A stretch of DNA of 64,000 nt from Tubulanus polymorphus (lineage: Eukaryota; Animalia; Nemertea), in contig NC_134034.1 of assembly GCF_964204645.1 (NCBI RefSeq), forward strand, positions 1,550,072 to 1,614,071. The letters are read 5' to 3'. Below are positions 23,701 to 34,004 of the stretch, one piece after another (positions within the stretch are counted from its first letter, which is position 1; each line of letters begins with the position of its first letter). Both the position numbers and the translations under genes were made by a program. Under the pieces are notes generated by a model that worked only from the letters and a program-made list of their open reading frames with translations, had not been told where the DNA came from and ran no database searches.

Positions 23701-23857
23701 TCTGATCCTATTCGATTCATGGGACTTTTCTTTCAGATAACGCCTTTTTTCAGATCTGATGTCGCGATTGTTTAATTTTCGATGTTCGACTTTTCAGGAC
23801 GGCACGATGTTCGTCGTCGGAAAAGTGCGCGGTCGATCTGCTTACAACGAGATATAA
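17710..23857 (+). CDS. Cation-dependent mannose-6-phosphate receptor / ATG27-like type I membrane protein, 246 aa. Exons: 17710-17882, 19196-19298, 19795-19919, 21110-21188, 21877-21950, 22633-22759, 23798-23857
   Basis: Not in the ORF track. Exons join in frame (741 nt): signal peptide, IDLKPL, YDYTFNPC, FKLKSVYAC, SIGSILLIV TM segment, RIPNVTFWTDFPRLVKDG (MPR/ATG27 tail pattern), C-terminal YNEI. AATAAA at ~23968. Confidence 0.87.
18294..18530. mobile_element. MITE with CATGGGC termini and 5-bp TSD, nested in a palindromic element (~18185-18585)
   Basis: GATCC at 18289-93 and 18531-35. Removing the insert restores the host arm gggtaaaagtacagatccgcacctct, the inverse of the left arm agaggtgcgcatctgcacttttaccc. 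Confidence 0.75.
19370..19745. repeat. ~79-bp tandem and dispersed repeat (tttgatgatgtcataggg core)
   Basis: 4-5 degenerate tandem copies here; the same core occurs in both orientations at ~7280 and 8255-8470. Confidence 0.8.
22934..23272. mobile_element. 339-bp MITE with long tRNA-like TIRs and 9-bp TSD (possibly Mutator-like), copy 1
   Basis: Termini CATCCTCCC...GGGAGGATG flanked by GACATGTCC at 22925-33 and 23273-81 (alternatively CCATCC termini with a 7-bp TSD). Arms are ~100-bp imperfect inverted repeats. Confidence 0.85.
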
Positions 23858-24432
23858 AACCTCCGATGCCACACGCGCGCGCGCGCGCGACGATGCCGCC
23901 GTGAACACAATCAGATCCGTTTGAGCCGAGCAGCAATAACTTTGATAACCAGTCCGCGAAACGAGAAAATAAAACTTAATCGATCAAAACTAAACCGTGT
24001 GATTATGAGATATACTTTATTACGATGTACATGTATTATTTATTACGAAATATTTTATATGGTCCTTTAAAAATGGCTGCTGTATTTTGATTTTGAATAA
24101 AATATGAAATTTTGTAATTAGAATTATGATTGATAAATTATTCCGATTATTTTTCGCTTTTTATTTCGATTTGTTGAAACTGAAGTCGTCATCCCTCGTT
24201 TACAAATGGTTTGATAAATCTTCTCAGTCTGATTCTGGCCGTTCGAGTGTGCATCCTCGCTTGCCAGTGGTCCGGTGTCGCTCCATCCTCCCCCGGCAGG
24301 GATTCGAACCTGATGGCATCGTGATTGCCACGGCACGAAACCCTGCCATAATCGACCGAGTGCGCAGTTCAGATGATGTGATTTTTAACCAATCAGAAAT
24401 CCCGTTTTATTTTAGCCCGGGTTTTCCCATTT

Positions 24433-27400
24433 AACACGTTCCCAAATGTTTTGATACTTTCTCAGTTTGTATCAAAAATATTGCCAATTTCTGGTCATTG
24501 AGTCCTGAAAAATGATAAATTTACAGCGCAAAATCGTACAAACGTGTCAATTATACTTCTAAACACTTTATTTGCGGACCAGTTTATGAATTGAGCGTGG
24601 GCCATAGAGCGCTATATCCGCCTGTGATCTCGACTTTCAATTTATTACGTAAGCTATTCGTGAACAAAATGCGGCCGGCGCACAATAGAAACTTCGCTCT
24701 ATTTATTCTTTCATTACCGCCGACGAAGAGGACCGATATTTCGCAAATTGGATTCGGGAGGTTTAAACCTCCCAAGGTCAAATCACTAAAATTGTGACCT
24801 TCGTGGAGATTATCTAAAAAGCCGATGGTAATCAAATTTAGCAGAACTTTTTACCCAAACGTTTAATGGTTTGAAAATCTTTCAATGGCATTCCTAAGTA
24901 TTTGATGAAAGTTGAGAAATCATAAGATATTCATATAACCATGGACTCTAAAACCTAAATCGTTTAAGAGTCCCTGGTATAAAAAAAAACTTTGCATAAC
25001 GAAGAAGCAAAAATTCGAATCTGATTCATCTGTTTGGAATTGATTCTTATGAAATGGAAACAAATGCGTGAGCACTACTCATTGATTCGTTCATTATTGT
25101 ACAATATGTTTCATTTGTTGACCGTAAGACGTTGACATTATGTCAATTTCATTCAATTTACTTTGCGGCTTTACAACGGCTATTTCACTGGTTCTGCGTG
25201 ATGAGATAATTCTGATTAAAGTTATTGTATTAATTTCTATATGTATATACATAATGATACTCTTTCTGAATAAAGGATGCACGTTATTCGAATCCCCACC
25301 ATTGTTCTCTACAATGTACGTTAATCAAACTCACGATAAAACCAGAGCCAAAACCATGGACTCAAAAACGAAGAATCCGTGGTCAAACATACAATTCTAA
25401 TTTCCCCGTTAGTTCACTGATGCCGTCAGTTTCTATCGAATGCAAGGATTCTAGCCAATCAGAGAGGCGCATGCAAACATCCATTGGCATGTAAGTTATA
25501 GTACAACTTAGACAATAATCAAGGTGCGAGCCAATGTCAGTAACTAGAATATGTTCTTTCATCAAATATAAATAACTCAGCAGTAGTCAGTTAGTTGAGT
25601 GTTTGTTTGACTTGTTTTGTATTTCATCAATAAATCTATTTCATTCTATTTTAAAGTACAAACTAAACGCTTGAATTGCTTATAACACGACCAGGTATGA
25701 ATTAGAATAGATTGGCTTAATATTTCGAATGCAAATTTGGCGATTAAGCAATCGGAAATTCGAAGTGCTTGAGAAATTTTTCAATACGCCCATTACTTCG
25801 AATAGCGATAAGTTCATTGACACATGTGACCATTGTTTTGTTACTTTCGATAGCGATTCGAATAAGCTATGCGACAGCTAACGACAGCACAATCGCAATA
25901 TCAACAGAAGTTCATTTTATCCTACATGATGAGGCTAAATTCAGTGAAATCGATCGTGTTCTGAAATATATATTTTCCTGGATACATTTTGTTTATTGTA
26001 GCTATTCTATGCGGTTTATACATTAACCTGCTATAACATATTGACCGTTTTCAAGAACCCAAAAATTACAATTTTCTGGGAATCTGTTTTTTCCAAAAAC
26101 AACCCAAACCCGAAATTGTGTACAGTTAGTACGCAGCGTATATAATGTCGGATTAGAGAATATTGAAAAAAACTTAGAAAAAGTTCAGTGAAGGAAAATA
26201 AGCTCAGCAGTGACAAATTGTCATTTCATCTCCTTCACGTGATTAATTGATGTCCAAATATGTTCTACCGTGAAAACTCTGCATTTAGCGTCAAACGAAT
26301 TTTTGTATACGTATCTCAGGATGCATGCTCTTCAAAAAGGTAGCCTATTAGGAAAAAACTTATCCGGTAAAATCCTAATTTGTCCTAAACGATATTCCAA
26401 CTATTATTTTGTTAATTATTCAACTATCATCACTAACTGGGTAAGTTAGTTGAACTTACATAAAGATATATCATTAGGGACACTTCAATTTCACACCATT
26501 CAATATCATAAGGGAACAAAATTCTTTGAAACTTGGTTAATGGTAGTTCTTAAGACTAGGTTTTGTTTCCGGAATTTACTAAATGTACCAATTCTAATAA
26601 TTCACTCATTGAAGCTTCTATACATCAGAAGCGAAAGCTCGTGCGTCGAAATAAATAGTTAACCTTTAAAGTACTACTCGTCTCTTCATTTAAATTCAAA
26701 TAATATAAGTCTTTATTGATTCTTTTTTTGTTGGAATATGCATAACTTTTTCTGGGCAAATTTCTATATTCTGTCAAGTCATGGACGTTTTAGAGTCCAT
26801 GGTCAAGGTATTTTGGCTATAACGAATATAACTAACTCCCTGGGGCAACGATGTGGCTGATGAAATGATCTCTCCCATTGTAATCCCACCATTTAATTAC
26901 TCATTGTATAACAACTCTCACAATTAAGCCTCGGACTCTTCAACGAATTATGAGTGCATGCTTTAGTATAGGCTCTGATATAGAGCATATTGTCTTGATT
27001 TAGAACATGTATGCATAAACTCTAGGCTGCAAAGAAATACGTATTCAGCGGCTCTAATCGAGTTAAATCTTTCGTCATAGATTAACACAGAAAGGCGGCA
27101 CCCAATCGCTGCTTATTGACATTAGGCACAAGTCACTGTTATGTTCATTAGTAAAACTAATATAGAATTACAAGTGAGGAGGGAAAATGTATAAATTGAA
27201 TTTATAAATGAATTTATAAGAATTTTGCATGCATCGGAGTGCACTTAAATTGGATTATTACAAAATAACTCACTCCAAAATTTATGATATTGTTTCATTG
27301 ATATTTATTACTTTAAAGCGATTCACTTTAAGAACTTTGGTCAACAATAAGTCTGACCTGCAAATCAAATCATCGGGAGACAAAATACTGTTTCAAAAAA

Positions 27401-30400
27401 TCATATTGCTAATACATTCCTAATCTTAACCTTTCGCCATAAACCTACTGGATTTAGGGCCTGGGGTAAAATCTAGGTAAAATCCTCACTTGGCGATTTT
27501 TCAAGAACATTTGAAAGCACGATATTTATTCAAACATATTCATCCACAATACAACTGCAATATATTTAACTGTGCATTGATCTCTTTTGATGAAATAAAT
27601 CTTTAAATAAATTCATAGAATAAATGAAATTAATGAACTTTTTATTCATACTATCTTTTCATATTCTTATTCATACTATATTTTAATTCGAACTAAATAA
27701 CTCTTTTTAACTTGTGGTATAGTATGCTTATGATATGGATTCGATTTACGTATCAATATTTTCATGTTGACGGGGGCCTGATGATGGCTAATAGCATTAG
27801 CCGAAACATTGCTCGTAGAACATTTGATTTTTAGCTGAATTCATTGTGGGATTTGTCTCGTTATTCACCATACACGGATATTGTGTATTTTCTTCTCATT
27901 TTCATGTTGGTTTTGAACAACTTAAATTTTGCGATTCTAATCCCTTATTAACTTTAGATGACAGTAATACCTTCAATTTACATGTAAAATATGATCACTG
28001 CTGAAAGTGTAATAAGGAATATATATTTACTCCAGTGACAATATTTTGATTCAAAGATTTAATTCAATCATCTAGTCCGAGTCTGTATGGTAAAACCTCT
28101 GGCTAACCAAGAGCTAACCGAATACCGACAATAGAAGGTGGTCGCTTAAAAATTAGTTAATTTACGCAACAGGAATCTATCTTGATTTCAAGGGCACTTC
28201 AATTAATCGTTTCAATAGTGACCACTGTAAATTAGCCAGTAGTTTCAACGACCGAATTCAATCAACCGATTCGTATCCTAAGAATGAGAATTGTATCTAA
28301 CCACAGTAGTTATTCCTCATCAAACGTTCGTTCATCATATTATACATCTATACATCATTACTATCATCTTCAGTTAATAGAGTGCAATAAAATCTTGAAT
28401 CTATGAGTTGAGTTTTTTTGAACATAATAAATTGTGTTGATTTTATGTTAGTTAAATCAAATATTGGGAATATTTTACCGGGGGATTTTTACTTTGGGGA
28501 TAATAAGCTAAATTATTTTATATCATCGGTTTTCATTAAGAAAAAAAAACAACTATTAATCTTAACTACACTTATATTCCTTTTGGAACATTAAGATTCT
28601 TTCATTGAATTTAATATGTTATTTCGTACATAGTTCATCACAGTGCGTCATTCACGCTTAAATGTACAAAACTTCTTTACAGAGTTCAAAATATAAACCA
28701 ACAAAAATCTCATCTCAAGCATGTACTAGCGCTGACGCTATGGGATAAAACCAAGTCTCGATTCATTGCCTAAAATGTGGGTACATTCATTCAAATCAGG
28801 ACTAAAATACGCTTATATGAATATCTTGCATGATATCATTTTACATTACGGGTGTCTCATAGGCCTGGTTTTACTTGTACATTGTCATCAATTGATTAAA
28901 CATCCCAAGTAACTTCTTTATTTACTTATGGCTTAATCACTGGTATTCAATAGCTAGTCGGCTATAGAAAGACTAACCCGATAAAATTCTATTAACCGTT
29001 CGTCCAGAGTCGAACACTCGCGCGTTAATTCGCAACGATTTTAAAGAAAGAAAATGATTGCATGAAATCTACTTTTCGTATCAATCGGCGTCCAATCTCT
29101 TAAACCATCCTAAACACAGTAGTGTAGTAGTTTGTGTCTATTTGCTTTTGCTGATGTCATTTAACATAACAATGGAAATGTATTCGTTTATTTGGAAATT
29201 ATATGAAGATATGGAGTAATCATGTGACAAATCAAATTGTTACTGCAAGGCAAAACATAGCGCACTTCAGATATATGATATGGCCTTAAAGACTTTTCAT
29301 ATATTAACAGTCCAGTTTAACGTCTATTGATATGAATGGTCCAGTTTTGATATGACTGTCGCAACAGTTGGAATAAAACCTATGAAATCTAGGGGCATTT
29401 ATCTCATGAAATTTAGATTTGAGATAATTGTATTGTATTGTATGAGGATTAAACATTTCAATGGCTGGTGATTATTTGTGATGAAGTAATCAGTGAGATG
29501 GACTGTGATTGAGGCACTCGGGTCAGATAATATTTTTAGATAAAACAGTGCATTTGTTAAAGCAGAACACATGATTTTAAACTATATATAAGTAGCTAAA
29601 CCGTTAATTTTCATTCCTAACTTTTCATCACTCCCGATTATCAAAAATAATTCAACAGTTTGATTAACGGATAGTTGCAGTTAACAACATTTCTATCTGA
29701 TAGAGAAGGTATACAGGTATACAGAGGAACAAGAAAAGAACATCCAACTAGACACTGAAAAATCTTTATTCGGGTTTTTTACCTGGGGCCTTTACCTTGG
29801 GGTATATTTAACAAGGGGATTTTTACTGAAAGGGACCTTTACGGGGCGAGTTTTTACCCGATCACATCGATTATTGAATGACATGTTCGATAAAATCATG
29901 ACAAAAACTGGTATCACTGGTACAATTTGCTAATTTTCGCTGTTCGGGTGGTTCTGTAGACTATTGGCTATACCGTTGGTAACTGACTAGCTATTTGTAT
30001 CACTGATCGGACTGTGAAAATATAGCTTTGACAAAACCACAACGAGAAATGAATCAAATGCAATATTTTACTCGAAAACGAGCTTAACCACGGAATCAGT
30101 AACGTTTTTTTACAGTCCATGGCTGAAATGACGCTATTGAAAAAATCAATGAGAAATACTGCCTCCGATTTTTATGACGAAAATATAGGAATGAATTCTG
30201 AACAGAATCAAATCAGGTTGTTCTTATTGGTATTGTGTATACATTTCATTTATTAGATATTTCACGTAATTCGTGTAATTAGGAAAAACTCGATCCAATA
30301 ATTGGTTTTTCTTTCGGTTTTACGTAATTTACAACTTACCAAATATGGAATACATGGTTTGACATTAAAACCAGCGAGCATTATGGTATCAAGTTCAACC

Positions 30401-30809
30401 AAAATTGATAACGATCGGCCTTTCGTAGAATCTCCCTGAAGGTCACAATTTTAGTAAATTGACATTGGGAGGTTTAAACCTCCCGAATCCAATTAGCAAA
30501 ATATCGGTCCTCTATGTCGGCGACAATAAAAGTACCCTGCGCGTAACTTTCTATTGTGCGCCTGCCGCGTTTTGGGCACGAGTAGCTTACGTAATCTTAA
30601 TTGAAAGTTGAGATCACAGGCAGATATTGAGGTCTATGGCCCACACATAACATCATAAATTGGTCAGGAAATAAAGTGTTTTGAGGTATAGATGACACGT
30701 TTGTACGATTTTACACTGTAAATTTATCATTTTTCAGGACTTAAGGACCAAAAATCGGCAATATTTTTGATACAAACTGAGAAAGTATCAAAACATTTGA
30801 GAACGCGTT
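24433..30809. mobile_element. Non-autonomous DNA transposon with >=400-bp TIRs
   Basis: 24433-~24850 is an imperfect inverted repeat of ~30400-30809 (AACACGTTC...GAACGCGTT). It is flanked by ATTT on both sides, a sequence present once in MITE copy 1. No transposase-length ORF inside. Confidence 0.87.
27769..27816 (+). ncRNA. Degenerate minimal hammerhead ribozyme motif (Penelope-like element relic)
   Basis: CTGATGA-T-GGCTAAT(AGC)ATTAGCC-GAAAC core with perfect 7-bp stem II; stem III and cleavage triplet imperfect. Confidence 0.55.
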
Positions 30810-31738
30810 ATTTATAGTTCTTCCTTGAAACGATTATACAACGAGCAATCTGATTGGTGCCGCCAGTTTTCGTTCGGATAGCTGCGCATGTACCTGCGCA
30901 CCCGGTCTACTGATGCAGGGGTTCGTGCCGTGAGTGTAGCGATGCCATCAGGTTCGAGTCCCTGCAGAGGGAGGATGGTGTCGCTCCCGCACTCGCTGCC
31001 ACTGCCTCGCGGAACGGCTTCAGCTTAGTGGGTTCGAATGCCTTGACGGGTGTAGATGTGGAGTGCGGGGAACACCCAGAGGTGGATCTTAGGTAGTCTG
31101 AATACCAGTCGTTACGGTTCCCTTCCCTCGGTTGTTTGAGGAACACTGGCTAGGTACTAATGAACATTCCAGGGTTAGTCTCGGGAAGTCATGGTCCGAA
31201 CGACTTAAAGCAAAACAAACAGCTGAGAATTGAGAATCTCTTTAAATAACCAATCGAACAAACATCCGTACAGTTACCCCTCGCCGGATGAATCGTAGTT
31301 TTGCATACTGCCACTAGATGCCGTGGTCGTGAAGAGATTTGTGAGTCCGCATAACGCGATTTCTTCCCCATAACGATATAACTTGCCTTGTATCGACGAA
31401 GGAAAATTGACAAAACACAACAATAAACGAAATAGATAAATTTTACGTAACTTTTCTTTTATTCTGGAAACGTTACTTTTTTGTTGACAGTAAGTTTGAC
31501 TAAATAAGAGCAGGGACCTGAGTTCCGTTAACTCCCGGTGTCAAGGGCGCCAATCGATCGAAAGGAAATCAAAATTCGAGGACAAAATCTGTCTCCAGAC
31601 TTAGATAATGAACTAATCAATTAACTCTGAGTTAAACTCAATAAACTAACTCACAACTCAGTGAAACTTGGCCTGATGATTTTCTATCGGTCCCACGCGC
31701 TTGGTCTTGCTTTTGTCAAAACTTCCTGGAGCAGACGA

Positions 31739-32614
31739 TCAGTCGTCTCTGGTAACTAGATAGTTGAGAATCGTTATCGGAACGATAGGAAATCCGTAAC
31801 AGTCGACCGTGTATTTGCGAACGAGCTCTTGGATTTGGGCTCGCAATTTTTCTGGAAATCGCCCGTGGCCGAGAAACGCTAGGATCTGGTCGCCGATATA
31901 GCGCATGTTGGTGTCGTGTTCGCAGAGGCACGCTTGAGCCGGTTTCAGTGCCAGGTGCACGAAAATACCTTCTTTATCTTCAGCGTGTGATAGAACCTTC
32001 GCGCGAGCGTCGACCATCACTTGCTGCAGCCCGGTTTGGTCGGCGAAGGTCACCACCTCCTGGTCGACGTTAGCTACAAAGCCTTCTCGCTCCTTCAACT
32101 GATGAATTTCGTTCGCCAAATTCGAGTACGTGGACGAGATTACGGATATGTAGACGCGGCCGTTTTTGTGCGCCAGTCGATGCAATGTCGTCTGCAACAC
32201 GCGCGCCTGATCGTCGAAATAGTAGAATACGTGCGAAAATACGACCAAATCGTAAAATTCGTTCGGCAAAAAGGTGGCGCTTTCGTTCGAAAACTTCCGT
32301 TTGAACAACTTATACTCGAAGTTGTATTTCTCGGCTAGTAAACCCATACGGACGGTCAACTCTTCGGACATCAGCTCGCTCGGTTCTACGCAATCCAAAC
32401 GGTCGAATTTCACATCTTCGCCGACGGCGGTCAGCGCCTCTTCCAGAAGATGCCCGTGCGCCGGACCTACCGATAAAATCCGCAACCCTCTTCTATCTTT
32501 AACCTCGGGTATTTCGGAGTAGCATCCTCGTAGTATTTGTGGCAATCGGTGGCGGTTGTAACTGCGGTGTTGATGGTAGATTTTGAAGGCTTCGTTGTAC
32601 GTACGATCGTCCAT
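31739..32614 (-). CDS. Class I SAM-dependent methyltransferase, histamine N-methyltransferase-like, intronless, 291 aa
   Basis: Motif I LRILSVGPAHG, acidic CVEPS, YDLVVFSHVFYYF, and LAHKNGRVYI at the expected spacing. Confidence 0.8.
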   Translation of the reverse strand: MDDRTYNEAFKIYHQHRSYNRHRLPQILRGCYSEIPEVKDRRGLRILSVGPAHGHLLEEALTAVGEDVKFDRLDCVEPSELMSEELTVRMGLLAEKYNFEYKLFKRKFSNESATFLPNEFYDLVVFSHVFYYFDDQARVLQTTLHRLAHKNGRVYISVISSTYSNLANEIHQLKEREGFVANVDQEVVTFADQTGLQQVMVDARAKVLSHAEDKEGIFVHLALKPAQACLCEHDTNMRYIGDQILAFLGHGRFPEKLRAQIQELVRKYTVDCYGFPIVPITILNYLVTRDD

Positions 32615-34004
32615 GGTTCTCGAGTTCGATTCAGTCGTTGGTATTCCTGTTGTGACAGAGACAATTTATGCGTTTATAAGATAACAGCTCGCTGAGTAAG
32701 GCCTATCCTATGTTACCGACTTAGAGGTCAGAGATCGATGTCCTATTTTTACAATTGTAGACAAATTCCAAAGGTCCAAAATAAAGTCACCTTGGTTAAA
32801 TATAACTGGACTTAATATCCTAAAGATCTACTTATTCGATTTTACTAAATTCTGTGTCTCAGATAACACTCAATTTTATAGTCACGGCGCCTTTGCCCTA
32901 GCCGCTCCAATCTCATTGAACGCTTTACCTTTTTGGAATAAGATCCTGCAGTGATTTAGTTAGTCTTAAAACTAAGCTGACAAAAATTTCTCTTTAGGCA
33001 ATATTTTAATTGACAGTAATCTGGTTTTTATTATTATTATTATTATCATTATTATTATTATTACTACTACGTTTTACTTACAATTCTTTTGCTTGAATCT
33101 CGCTAGTACGCAGAAGGACATCGACTACACTGCGCTATACAAAAACACCAGATTGTACATTTTTAGAAACGAATAATAATGAATTCGTAATTAAACATGA
33201 CGTGACTATGTGTGACGGCTTAAACGACTTAACCAAATTCAAATTCTGAATAATCCATTTTTGCTAGCCACCATCTCATCAGGGTAAATTTTCCAAAGCT
33301 GACTTCATAGAATGAATATTCTAATGAACGTTCAAATGAAATCAGAACCCCTTTTACCTTTGAAAATCATATGTTTTAAACACTTTCAGCGATGCTTTTG
33401 CAAACGGAAATGCAATTTCGTAATCTTTATATTAATTGGTTTCTCATGTTTTGTAATGAGCTCATAGGGCAGGGGTTAGATTCTGATTTGGATTTGAATT
33501 TATTTTCAAACGTGCATTGTGAAAATGTTGCTTGATTGTGTAGCGTGATTGTCGTATGGCCGTGGAAACTTGGTTAAGGGCTTTCGAGCCTGGCCTTCGA
33601 GACTGTTCCCCTTCTCTTCAGTAATATGTAATGCGAAATTAGTCCGCTTAGTGATTTATGATTATCTAATTCATTATCTAAAAATAATTGAAATTGAAAG
33701 GGAAATGTATGAAAAAAAAAATCGGAAAAGGAAGCTTCGCTTGAATTGATATTCCATATTTCTATGTTCATTTATTGTATCCTTGTACGCGGAATTGGCA
33801 ATTCATATCATATACAATTTATAGCGCATAATCCATTGTATGGTTGTGCTTCACCCAGTCCTGGTAGTCATTCTCTCTCCACTGAGATCCAGTCGCTCTA
33901 CTATGATCCTAGTGTAACCATAATCAGACACTAAGGTTCTTGGTGAACGTTATTCGCGGTATATTGGTCGTCTGTTCGATGCGATCAGTGACAAACTGAA
34001 GAAA

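Larger units (their letters stand above)
24284..30977. mobile_element. Copy 2 of the same MITE (opposite orientation), split by a 6.4-kb insertion; halves 24284-24432 and 30810-30977
   Basis: Halves match the reverse complement of copy 1; TSD GTGTCGCTC at 24275-83 and 30978-86. Confidence 0.88.

Noticed and set aside
31093-31103. Minus-strand ATTCAGACTAC matching RNase P RNA CR-V
   Set aside because: No complementary CR-I (GGAAGGTCTGA-like) found upstream to form P4.
31172-31179. Minus-strand CTAACCCT as a telomerase RNA template
   Set aside because: An 8-nt match is expected by chance; no pseudoknot or H/ACA features seen.
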